A DNA stretch of 64,000 nucleotides from Actinomycetota bacterium (GTDB lineage Bacteria > Actinomycetota > UBA4738 > CALAEC01): NCBI GenBank assembly GCA_050693035.1, contig JBOGWB010000061.1:6834-70833 (forward strand), given 5' to 3'. Under the pieces are notes generated by a model, which did no database searches, was not told the origin of the DNA, and saw only the letters and a list, made by a program, of their open reading frames with translations. Made by a program: the position numbers and the translations under genes. This document shows, piece after piece, positions 8,098-16,960 of this stretch (its first letter is position 1; the number at the start of each line of letters is the position of its first letter).

Positions 8098-10131
8098 TCA
8101 TGCGCGGGGCAAGGGAAGCGAGGCCCGACGAACCCCATCGAGGGCGCTGGCGACCGCATCCAGCGTCAACTTGCTGGCCAGACCCCAGGTCAATGCCCCA
8201 ACGTAGTCGAGGGGAGTGCCGAAGGGCTTGCCTACGTAGACGGTCTGCATCCCCAGGTAGATGGCACCCACCAGCAGAAGCGCAAAGATGACCCTAGTCC
8301 ATGTCCGAATGCGTTGCTCAAGCCACGAGGCTCTGGCTGCCGGCTCTGAAGGCTCGCGCTTGAGATCCGCAAGGAGGTTCCTCCAACGAGGCTCCCGTTC
8401 CTTAAGACGGCTTCCGATCGGCTGCGGAGCGATCAGAAATGACATCTGGGGCTGGGCAGTGAGGAACTCCCGGAGTGCCTCCTCCTCTGGACGGAGATGG
8501 TAGCTAAGTCGGGCGATACTCTGCTCGATCCGATCCATGTCCCGCTCGGTTTCCCTGGCCAGGAAGTCACCCGGATCCACGGCGTACCACAAATCCCACC
8601 TGGCCTCACTAAAGAGGCCATCCAAGCTTCGGAGTGACTTCCGCTCCTCCTCGGTCCAAGGGTCGCTTGGCCGGTCGGCCTGCCCGGCATCCGCGCGCAA
8701 GCGCTTAGCCAACTCCTCCAAGTCATCAAGCTGTGCATCAACTTCGACCCACGCGTTGGCCAGGACCGTCCACTTCGCGACGCTCTCCGCGAGAGCCGGC
8801 AGCGTCTTCAGATCAGTCCTCCCCAAGTCAGGGACGGTGGCGGGGCGGAGGACTTCCTGGGCCCGTTTCAGAAGAGCGGGCCTAATCGGCGAGGTAGGAT
8901 CAACGCTGGGAGGTCGCCTTTCAGGGCGATCGCCCACGTCTCGGACTTTGTTGAGAGCGTCGTCCAAGGCGACCAGCTTCTTTCCGAAGTCCTTCCAGAC
9001 CGTCGCTTGTTCATCGAGTGTCTTCATGTTGGACAGTGCGCCCTTATAGGTCTGGTCCTGCTCATCGAGCACGAAGAAGAACGACTGCTCTACGGCCTTC
9101 AAGTCTGCATCCACCTCGTTGGCGGACTTCTTGAGACGCTGAGCAATCGAGGGGAGGTTGAAACGACGGGCTGCGACATCCTTCTGAAACGCGTCGTCGG
9201 CCTCCTGGATACGCTCTATAGCGCGCGCGAGTTGAATGCGAAGCCTGGAGATCCGCGCGCGGACACCGATGAATCGCTGGATGAGCCATGCCGCTGCCAC
9301 CCCCAAGGCCAACGCGAGCAGTGGGAGAAAGGGTCGGTCCTTGATTACCACGGTAAGCGTGGCCTCGCCGGCCTCGTCATCCTCTGGGAGAAGGTCGACC
9401 TCCCCCTTGTAGGTTCCCGCGTCATAGGATCCGTCGATGCTGAGGTCGAGCGCGGGGACGCCTCCGATGACCTCAGAGGTCTCTCCCATCGATGAGACTT
9501 CGAGGGCACCCTCGCCCCCGGACCGGAGCAGAATCCCGAGCACAGTACCTTCGGGCGGCGGAGAGATGGGTGTGTCCGCTTCCTTCACATCGAGGGGTAG
9601 ACGTGCTTGGTCCATCGAGAGACGGCCCTCGGGGAAATAGAACCACGAACGATACGAGGTGAAGGCATACTCGGAGACAAGAGGACTGTTTGAGGGAGGG
9701 GATGGCTCAGTGACTTCGAGCTCCACTCGTTTGTGGATCACTGGGCCGGTTGGAACCTCCTGCACGCTTAGGGTGCCCACGTATTTCCCAGGTTCAGGCG
9801 TTTGACCCTGATTACCTAGAACTTCGAGCGCAGCGCTGCCCCGTGGGGGCAGCCTCACTCGCCCGAATACCCGAAGGGTAGTTGCCCTCGCTTCCCGAGG
9901 AAGGCCGAATAGGGTCACCCTCGCTCTGAGGAAGCGGACTCGGCCGCTGGAGTTCCACAAGAGCACTTGCTCTATCTCAGGAGGCCACGTATCGGTTGAG
10001 ATGACAAGCGGATCCCGGTCGGCAAACCGGAAGGCCCGCGCTGCCGCCGCAGGGTCGGTCGCGAGAATTCCGACGACAAGACCGAGTGAGGCCGAAAACG
10101 AGAGAGCCAGCCGTCCGAACCTGGGGGCCAC
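8098..10131 (-). CDS. large hypothetical membrane protein, 677 aa
   Basis: Signal peptide (LALSFSASLGLVVGILA), about 270 aa of beta-rich ectodomain, a TM segment (FLPLLALALGVAAAWLI), about 330 aa of charged coiled-coil-like region, and C-terminal TM segments (VIFALLLVGAIYLG, ALTWGLASKL). GC is visibly lower than in the core. Confidence 0.75.
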   Translation of the reverse strand: MAPRFGRLALSFSASLGLVVGILATDPAAAARAFRFADRDPLVISTDTWPPEIEQVLLWNSSGRVRFLRARVTLFGLPREARATTLRVFGRVRLPPRGSAALEVLGNQGQTPEPGKYVGTLSVQEVPTGPVIHKRVELEVTEPSPPSNSPLVSEYAFTSYRSWFYFPEGRLSMDQARLPLDVKEADTPISPPPEGTVLGILLRSGGEGALEVSSMGETSEVIGGVPALDLSIDGSYDAGTYKGEVDLLPEDDEAGEATLTVVIKDRPFLPLLALALGVAAAWLIQRFIGVRARISRLRIQLARAIERIQEADDAFQKDVAARRFNLPSIAQRLKKSANEVDADLKAVEQSFFFVLDEQDQTYKGALSNMKTLDEQATVWKDFGKKLVALDDALNKVRDVGDRPERRPPSVDPTSPIRPALLKRAQEVLRPATVPDLGRTDLKTLPALAESVAKWTVLANAWVEVDAQLDDLEELAKRLRADAGQADRPSDPWTEEERKSLRSLDGLFSEARWDLWYAVDPGDFLARETERDMDRIEQSIARLSYHLRPEEEALREFLTAQPQMSFLIAPQPIGSRLKEREPRWRNLLADLKREPSEPAARASWLEQRIRTWTRVIFALLLVGAIYLGMQTVYVGKPFGTPLDYVGALTWGLASKLTLDAVASALDGVRRASLPLPRA

Positions 10132-10254
10132 CTTCAGGTCTCCGTGCGCCCGATTGCCGGGACGGTAGCCTCACCGCGCTGAAAGGTCAACCCCTGCGTT
10201 GGGATCGTTCGGGTCCCTCGCTGCCCGGTTCCCACCGGCCCCAACAGGAGAGCC

Positions 10255-10524
10255 GTGCCCCTGACGCTTCTGGCACTCTCTGCTCCGTGCACGTCGTGGC
10301 CCAAGGTGTACGTTTCTGTCGGTCCGCCCTGGGAGACGCGCTCGAAGGCGGGCATGCACCCAATGGCTGTGAAGGAGATGATGGGCCACTCAAGCATCCG
10401 AGTGACCTACGACGTCTACGGCCACCTGTTCCCGACGATGCACGAAGCCAGCATCGCCTCCTTAGAAGCCGCTTTCCCCAGCGCCAAGCACCGAGAGGAG
10501 AAAGGCCAGCAGCGTTACGAGTAA
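10255..10524 (+). pseudogene. tyrosine recombinase (phage integrase) C-terminal remnant
   Basis: AGMHPMAVKEMMGHSSIRVTYDVYGHLFP matches the integrase C-terminal box (LGHSSI..T..Y.H) including the catalytic Tyr. The upstream LLALSAPCTSW looks like a degraded H.LRHT.AS box. No N-terminal or core-binding part is present. Confidence 0.6.
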
Positions 10525-10890
10525 CAGCGATCCCTCGCGGCTCGCGCAGTGGAGGAAGTTTGGTGAATTGACGAGGCATACAGGTTGAGAGGTACCGACT
10601 GAGAAGAGACGTGCGTCCGGGACAAGTGCAGACCACCATCGTCGAAGACCGCGATGCCTGCCACGATCACCTCTTGCATCGAAGCTGGCCACTCTCCGAA
10701 GCGTGAACCGCCCGATACCGAGACTCTTCCCGAATGCGGGACATCCATTCCAGGTCTAGCCAATTCTGACTATTGACAGTTCCTCCCCCTCCATAGCAGA
10801 AACCGAGCAAGCGGGACGGCACCGCCGAGCTTGAGGCCGCTTCGTCCTTCCCCACTCTGGTTGCGGGGTGCCCGGAGGGAGGGAGCTGAA

Positions 10891-13800
10891 ATGGCTCTGC
10901 GGCGCTTGCTGGTGGTCCTCATCATCCCATTGATCGTCTTCGAGCTGCCCCCGCTCCCAGGGCTTGACAGATCACCCCAGCCCGCTTGGGCGGACGGACC
11001 CGGCACCAGTCTCGTCTCTATCGGGGACGCCGAAGAGTTCCCGAACGGTACAGGGGAATTTGGATCGATCTCATCAGATGGTCGCTACGTGGCGTTCGAG
11101 TCCGCCGCGTCTAACCTGGTCGCAGGGGACACCAACTCGAAACTCGATGTCTTTGTGCGCGACCGCGTGGCCGGCACGAGCCGGCGGGTTTCGATCTCCT
11201 CCTCAGGGGAGCAGGGCAACGGTCACAGCGGCGGCCCTCCGTCGATTTCCGGCGATGGTCGATTCGTGGTCTTTACGTCTCAGGCGACAAACCTCGTGTC
11301 TGGCGACACCAACGGAATTACTGACGTCTTCGCTCATGACCTTGTCACGGGTACCACCACCCGGGTTTCGGTCGACTCCTCAGGCAACCAGAGCAACGAC
11401 ATAAGTAGCTTGCCGCGTATCTCGGGAGACGGCCGCTACGTCGTCTTCCAGTCCGATGCATCAAACCTCGTTCCAGAGGATACCAATGGCGGCGTCTTCG
11501 GTCAAGACATCTTCCTGCATGATCGCGTTACGGCGGAAACATCGCGCATGTCCGTGGGTCCATCGGGGCAGCAGTGCGACTGCGACAGCTCCGATCCCTC
11601 CATTTCCAGCGACGGCCAGTTCGTCGCGTTCCGATCGGATGGCCTTACTCCTGGAGAGAGCCATGTCGGATTCGCCATCTACGTGAGACAGGTGTCGCCA
11701 TACGACATAGAAATTGTCTCCAATGGCCCCGAGGACACCCCTGCGAACGGGAACACCGGGGAGCTATCTTGGATCTCGGCCGATGGCCGCTACGTCGCCT
11801 TCGCGTCCTGGGCAACGAACCTGGTCCCAAACGACACGAACGAGTTGGAGGACATCTTCCTCCACGACCGACTGACTCGCTCTGCGAAGCGCGTAAACCT
11901 GAGCTCTTCGGGTGCCCAAGCCAATAACTACGACTTTGGAGCCGTACGTCGAATCTCCGTCTCGGCTCACGGGAGATTTATCGCCTTTGCATCCGACGCC
12001 ACGAATCTCGTGCCCTTCGACACGAACATGCAAAGAGATATCTTCGTACGGGACGTCGTAGCAGGCACCACGACTCGTGTATCTGTCGACAACTCCGGGA
12101 ATCAGAGCAGCTCGGCGAGTGAGCGGCCAGCGATCTCCTCGAACGGTAGGTACGTTGTCTTCGACAGTCGCATGCTATCGGGCGGTTCCCTGCAGGTGCA
12201 TATCCGCGACCAGGGACCGCTGCTTTCGATTCCGGATGCTCAGACTTTCGGCCCCTGCCAGAGCGCCACGCACGCCGCCAACCCGACCGACTGCCAGTCC
12301 GACCCGGTCAACAGCGCCACAGGTAGTTTCGTTACCTCCGCAACGGATATAGCTCTGCCCGGAATCGGGATTCCGTTCGTATTCTCCCGCTCGTATACGT
12401 CTGCGGATACGAGTCCAGGACCCCTGGGCATTGGCTGGACCCACAACTACGGGGTGTCGCTGACTATACAGCCCAACGGGGATGCGATCTTCAGAGCCGA
12501 AACCGGGCAGCAGATCCCTTTTACCCTTCAAGCCGACGGGTCGTTCCTTCCCCCCTCCGGCGGCCGCTCGACCCTCCGCGCGGTCCAGGGTGGATACGAA
12601 CTCCTCACCCGGGATCAGATTCGTTACCGGTTCGACACTCAGGGGCGGGTCACGAGCCTCAAGGAGCGCAACAACCAAGGCCTTACCTTCTCCTACGATG
12701 CCGATGGTCGGCTCAACGTGATCACGGACAGCGTGGGCCGAGCGATCTCCCTCACGTACAACCCCTCCGGGCTGCTTTCCGGGGTCAGCGTGCCTGATGG
12801 CCGAAGCGTAGCCTACGGGTACACTTCGGGGCGGCTCAGTTCGGTCACGGACGTCCGCGGGGGAACGAGCTCGTATACGTATGACGCGAACGGTTGGCTC
12901 GAAGCGGTCGTCGACGCTAACAGCCACACCGTTGTCACGAACACCTACGGATCCGGAGGCCGGGTCATCCGCCAGGTAGACGCCCTGGGGAATCCGAGCA
13001 CGTTTTCTTGGGATTCCGCGACTCAGACGCAGACCATGACCGATGCCCGGGGCAACACCTGGCAGGACGTCTACTCGGGCAATGTCCTGATCCGCCGCAT
13101 CGATCCTCTAGGTAACACCATCACATTCGATTACGACGACGACCTCAACCTCATGAGCATCACCGACCCTCGCGGCAACACCACTTTGCTTGCATACGGG
13201 CAGGCGGGCAACCTCATCAGTCGGACGGCGCCCCGTCCGCTCGCCTACAAGGAAACGTTCAAGTACGACGCCCAGAACAACCTTGTGAGTCGCCGGGACG
13301 GTCGAGGGAACACGACGAGATATGACTATGACGCCGCTGGAAACCTGATCAGGGTCACCGAACCCGGGAATGTGGTTACTGAGTATGGGAGGCACCCGGA
13401 CGGAACAGGTCAGTTGGTAAGCATAACGGATCCTCGACTTAAGGTCACCCGATTCGACTATGACACCTCCGGGAATCTGACGACAATCACTTCTCCGCTA
13501 GGGAATGTGATCAGGATCTGTTACGACTCGGCGGGACGCATGACCAGCCTGGTCGAACCTCGAGGCATCACATGCGCAAACCCAGACGACTATCGGTGGG
13601 TCTACACCTACGACGCTGCGGGTAACATGCTGACCGAGACCGATCCCTTGGGAAACCGGACGACGTGGGGGTACGATTCCGCCGGGAATCTGACGAGCCG
13701 GATCGACGCTAAGGATCGGACGACCAGTTGGGCGTATAACGCGGCCAACGAGCTCACATCTGTGACGGCTCCCGGAAACATCATTACAAGCTATGATTAT

Positions 13801-15753
13801 GACGCCGTAGGAAACCTCAGGACTCGCACCGACGCCAAGACGCACGTGACCACGTACGGTTACGATCAAGCCAACCGTCTCTCAAGCGTCACGTTGCCCC
13901 TGAACCGGCAATGGACCTACGACTACGATGCGTCGGGCAACCTCACAACGACCATCGATGCGGCAGGAAGCGCGACTCCCCAAACTGGAGACGGCACGAC
14001 CACCTACTCGTACGATGCGCTGAACAGGCTCACCGGCATCGACTACAGCGACGCCACTCCCGATGTCACCTTTGGTTACGATGCCAACTCAAACCCCACC
14101 TCGATGACCGACGGAGCCGGGACCGAAACATACACATTCGACGATCTCGACCGCCTCACGCGAGTTACCCGCGGAAGCCAAACCTTTTCTTACGAGTACG
14201 ACGCCGCCGGGAACGTTACCAAGAGGACCTACCCCGACAGTACTGTAGTGGACTATTCGTATGATGACGATGGCCGTCTCTTGAACATCACTTCCGGTGG
14301 AGCCACGACGACCCACGGCTATGATGTGGCTGGGAATCTCACACAGATCACGCTGCCTTCCGCGAACGGATATGGCGAAACCCGCACTTATGACCGTGCG
14401 GGACGGCTTACAGAAGTGAAGAATGCGAAGGGGACGGATGTCCTCTCGCGGTTCACCTACACGCTCGATGCCGTAGGCAACCCGACCCAGGTCGTCACGC
14501 CAACGGAGACAATCACCTATCAGTACGACAACATGGATCGCCTGACCGAAGTCTGCTACCAGGCGAGCTGCCCCGGGGCCAATGACCCCTTCATTCGACA
14601 CAGTTACGATAACGTTGGGAACAGGTCAACCGAGACTCGACCGGCCGGAATCACGACGTACAGCTACAACGACGCCGATCAGCTCACCTCACGTAGCGGG
14701 CCGAGTGGGACCACCTCTTACTCCTATGACCCCAACGGGAATCAGACCGCCGCAGGCAACACGACCTTCACCTATGACCTGGCAAACCGGATGAAGTCCG
14801 CCACGACAGGCCCCACGACCATCACCTACACATACGATGGCGCAGGGAAGCGCCTGCAGGCTTCATCCGGGAGCCAGGCTTCCAAGAAGACAAACTACCT
14901 CTCGGACGTCAATGGAATTCTTAGCCAGCTTGCCCTTGAGCGTGATGGCAGCGACCGGCTGCTCCGACGATATGTGCATGGACACGATCTCGTTTCCATG
15001 AGCACCGGAGGCGCCCCATACTACTATCACCACGACGGACTGGGGAGCATTGCCAATCTCACTTCAGACAAGGGCGTGCTTCAGTGGACATACTCGTACG
15101 AGCCCTTCGGCGTTGTCCGTAGCGAGATCAAGAACAACCGCAACGCACCCACAAACCTGATGCGCTTCGCCGGCGAGCTGCTTGACACGACCACGGGCCT
15201 CTATCATCTCCGGGCCCGAGAATACGATGCAACCACGGGACGGTTGCTCAGGATTGATCCGCTACCTGCTCCAATCTCGGCACCCTACACGGGACGATAC
15301 GTATACGTCGGCAACCGGCCGACTGTTCTAGTCGATCCCAGCGGGCTTCGGGGAGTCGACAAGTCAGGCTGTCCCTACTGGGGACGGCTGTTAACCTTCG
15401 GGGAGTGGGAGAACGTCTACTGCGAGGGCTTCCAGAGCATGAGCCCAGGGTGGCAGGCGGCTCTGGGTGGGAACTGGAACTTTAGTGCCTGCTGGTACGG
15501 CTGTATTACCGTGGGGGCCGAGGGCATTTCCATCGGGTTCTTCCAGTTTGGGCCCGGCAAAACACGAATTCGACAGGGCTTCGGCTTCGCCGCTTACGCG
15601 ACGATTGGATCAGAGCCTGAGAGCGGACTGTCTGCCATGGTCTGCAATGGCGTTTGCCTAGGCGGGTACGGGAATGTTGGGGCGCCGGGAGGAGGCGCGC
15701 AGGTGGGAATCGGCACGCCCGGCGTATTTTTGGGCGGGAATATCGAACCGTGA
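10891..15753 (+). CDS. secreted RHS/YD-repeat polymorphic toxin (WapA-like)
   Basis: ATG at 10891 gives the signal peptide MALRRLLVVLIIPLIVF. It has seven PD40-like repeats, then DPVNSATGSFVTSATDIALPGIGIPFVFSRSYTS, dozens of YD repeats (Y.YD..GNL...TDP.GN) and the RHS core YYYHHDGLGS...GLYHLRAREYDATTGRLLRIDP...VLVDPSGL, followed by a 134-aa variable tail. Confidence 0.9.
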   Translation: MALRRLLVVLIIPLIVFELPPLPGLDRSPQPAWADGPGTSLVSIGDAEEFPNGTGEFGSISSDGRYVAFESAASNLVAGDTNSKLDVFVRDRVAGTSRRVSISSSGEQGNGHSGGPPSISGDGRFVVFTSQATNLVSGDTNGITDVFAHDLVTGTTTRVSVDSSGNQSNDISSLPRISGDGRYVVFQSDASNLVPEDTNGGVFGQDIFLHDRVTAETSRMSVGPSGQQCDCDSSDPSISSDGQFVAFRSDGLTPGESHVGFAIYVRQVSPYDIEIVSNGPEDTPANGNTGELSWISADGRYVAFASWATNLVPNDTNELEDIFLHDRLTRSAKRVNLSSSGAQANNYDFGAVRRISVSAHGRFIAFASDATNLVPFDTNMQRDIFVRDVVAGTTTRVSVDNSGNQSSSASERPAISSNGRYVVFDSRMLSGGSLQVHIRDQGPLLSIPDAQTFGPCQSATHAANPTDCQSDPVNSATGSFVTSATDIALPGIGIPFVFSRSYTSADTSPGPLGIGWTHNYGVSLTIQPNGDAIFRAETGQQIPFTLQADGSFLPPSGGRSTLRAVQGGYELLTRDQIRYRFDTQGRVTSLKERNNQGLTFSYDADGRLNVITDSVGRAISLTYNPSGLLSGVSVPDGRSVAYGYTSGRLSSVTDVRGGTSSYTYDANGWLEAVVDANSHTVVTNTYGSGGRVIRQVDALGNPSTFSWDSATQTQTMTDARGNTWQDVYSGNVLIRRIDPLGNTITFDYDDDLNLMSITDPRGNTTLLAYGQAGNLISRTAPRPLAYKETFKYDAQNNLVSRRDGRGNTTRYDYDAAGNLIRVTEPGNVVTEYGRHPDGTGQLVSITDPRLKVTRFDYDTSGNLTTITSPLGNVIRICYDSAGRMTSLVEPRGITCANPDDYRWVYTYDAAGNMLTETDPLGNRTTWGYDSAGNLTSRIDAKDRTTSWAYNAANELTSVTAPGNIITSYDYDAVGNLRTRTDAKTHVTTYGYDQANRLSSVTLPLNRQWTYDYDASGNLTTTIDAAGSATPQTGDGTTTYSYDALNRLTGIDYSDATPDVTFGYDANSNPTSMTDGAGTETYTFDDLDRLTRVTRGSQTFSYEYDAAGNVTKRTYPDSTVVDYSYDDDGRLLNITSGGATTTHGYDVAGNLTQITLPSANGYGETRTYDRAGRLTEVKNAKGTDVLSRFTYTLDAVGNPTQVVTPTETITYQYDNMDRLTEVCYQASCPGANDPFIRHSYDNVGNRSTETRPAGITTYSYNDADQLTSRSGPSGTTSYSYDPNGNQTAAGNTTFTYDLANRMKSATTGPTTITYTYDGAGKRLQASSGSQASKKTNYLSDVNGILSQLALERDGSDRLLRRYVHGHDLVSMSTGGAPYYYHHDGLGSIANLTSDKGVLQWTYSYEPFGVVRSEIKNNRNAPTNLMRFAGELLDTTTGLYHLRAREYDATTGRLLRIDPLPAPISAPYTGRYVYVGNRPTVLVDPSGLRGVDKSGCPYWGRLLTFGEWENVYCEGFQSMSPGWQAALGGNWNFSACWYGCITVGAEGISIGFFQFGPGKTRIRQGFGFAAYATIGSEPESGLSAMVCNGVCLGGYGNVGAPGGGAQVGIGTPGVFLGGNIEP
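11053..12217 (+). repeat. seven tandem ~58-aa PD40/TolB-like beta-propeller repeats (protein-level) inside the RHS gene
   Basis: The unit S(S/G)DGR(Y/F)V(A/V)F.S.A.NLV..DTN...D(V/I)F..D recurs near RHS ORF residues 83, 140, 199, 259, 317, 378 and 437. Confidence 0.7.
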
Positions 15754-15974
15754 GTAAGCCGAACAGACCTCGATTCAGCCGTACCGCAGGAATCGTGGCC
15801 ACAATTGCAGTGGTAGCGGTTGCCGGGTTCGTGCTTACGCGCTCTATCCCAGGTGTCTGGTGGAGAATTGTCTATGTCGGCATGGTCTTGCTGGTCCTGA
15901 TTAACATCGCTGTTGGGGAGCGCGACGGTCTCTACGATCGCGCCACGAGATGGCTTAGGCGGTTCCGTCAATAG
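15750..15974 (+). CDS. putative RHS immunity protein, 74 aa, two TM helices
   Basis: GTG at 15750 forms a GTGA overlap with the RHS stop (15751-15753). It is in frame with track ORF 15654..15974. The sequence is VSKPNRPRFSRTAGIVATIAVVAVAGFVLTRSIPGVWWRIVYVGMVLLVLINIAVGERDG... Confidence 0.5.
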   Translation: MSKPNRPRFSRTAGIVATIAVVAVAGFVLTRSIPGVWWRIVYVGMVLLVLINIAVGERDGLYDRATRWLRRFRQ

Positions 15975-16203
15975 GCAGCTGACCATCAGACTCGATGACC
16001 CTGGGTTTCTGGGTGGGTCGAATCGGAGCGGGGGGACCGTTTCCGTTGTGGCGATGCCACGACGATCAAGTGGGTCGCGTTAGGCGGGTCCGGATCGGGT
16101 CCATCCTCCAGTACGTTCGGAACCTCCCCTGGGAGCGGGCCGTCCTCCGGGACTTCTTCCCCTCCGAGTTCCACGACTGGCCGGAGCCATGGTGGCCGGG
16201 ACC

Positions 16204-16527
16204 ATGAGCATCGAGATCACGGTGGCCATCATCGCCGCGTCCCCTCCCACCCTTGCCGCCATCCTGGCCTTCCTCCAGAGCCGGTCCGTCCGCCGGCAGG
16301 TGGCGACCAGCGGGAAGGCCCCCATCGGGGCGGTGGTGGAGCGCCTCGAGCGAAGGGTGGAGCGGCTGGACGAGAAGGTGTCGGGGATCGCGGACCGCCT
16401 CGCGCACATGGAGGGGCGGGAGGTCCTTCCCCTGCGGCTCGACCGGCGCGTGGAGCGGCTGGACGAGGAGCTGCGCGCCCTGGGCGAGCGTGTGGCCCGG
16501 ATCGAGCCGAAGGGCGGGACCCCCTGA
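16204..16527 (+). CDS. small membrane-anchored coiled-coil protein
   Basis: MSIEITVAIIAASPPTLAAILAFL is a TM segment, followed by the duplicated heptad-like motif RLERRVERLDEKV / RLDRRVERLDEEL. Its stop overlaps the ATG of the next ORF (TGATG). Confidence 0.45.
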   Translation: MSIEITVAIIAASPPTLAAILAFLQSRSVRRQVATSGKAPIGAVVERLERRVERLDEKVSGIADRLAHMEGREVLPLRLDRRVERLDEELRALGERVARIEPKGGTP

Positions 16528-16787
16528 TGGACGCGGACCGGCGGATACGCGGCGGCACGAACGAGGACGTGCCGAGAGGAACGGCGAAGGAGCGCAACCT
16601 TCTGATGTCCGTTCAGGAGGGGGTGCTGCTCCGCGTCGAGGCGGCGGCGATCTTGCTCGGCATCGGCAGAACGACCATGTACGAGCTGATCAGGCGCAGA
16701 GCGATCCCCGTGGTGCGGATCGGACGCCGTACCCTCGTCCACCGCGCGGACTTGGAGCGATTCGCACAGGCCCAGCGCGGTCGGTAG
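16527..16787 (+). CDS. excisionase-family / MerR-like helix-turn-helix DNA-binding protein
   Basis: LLRVEAAAILLGIGRTTMYELIRRRAIPVVRIGRRTLVHRADLERF is a typical xis-type HTH. An alternative start is ATG at 16605. Confidence 0.7.
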   Translation: MDADRRIRGGTNEDVPRGTAKERNLLMSVQEGVLLRVEAAAILLGIGRTTMYELIRRRAIPVVRIGRRTLVHRADLERFAQAQRGR

Positions 16788-16960
16788 GGATCGATGTCCG
16801 CACGACCGCGTGGCTCGCTCACCATCCGACCGCCACGCCAGCCGGGTGGTCGTGCGGCACCGGCCGACGCTCCATCTCGGCAGAGATGTCATAGGAGTGC
16901 CGGACCATCCCCGCTACGGACCGGCCCCGAGTCGGGGCCGAAGGCGCAGGAGAACTGGTC

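Noticed and set aside
16080-16892. 270-aa minus-strand ORF, and similar long ORFs antisense to real genes (for example 28660..29757, 38648..40243, 40206..41378, 43455..44960, 46533..47708, 56021..57967, 58057..59580)
   Set aside because: These are Arg/Pro/Gly-rich translations with no motifs. Each lies fully opposite a gene with strong family signatures. They are the typical spurious open frames of high-GC DNA.
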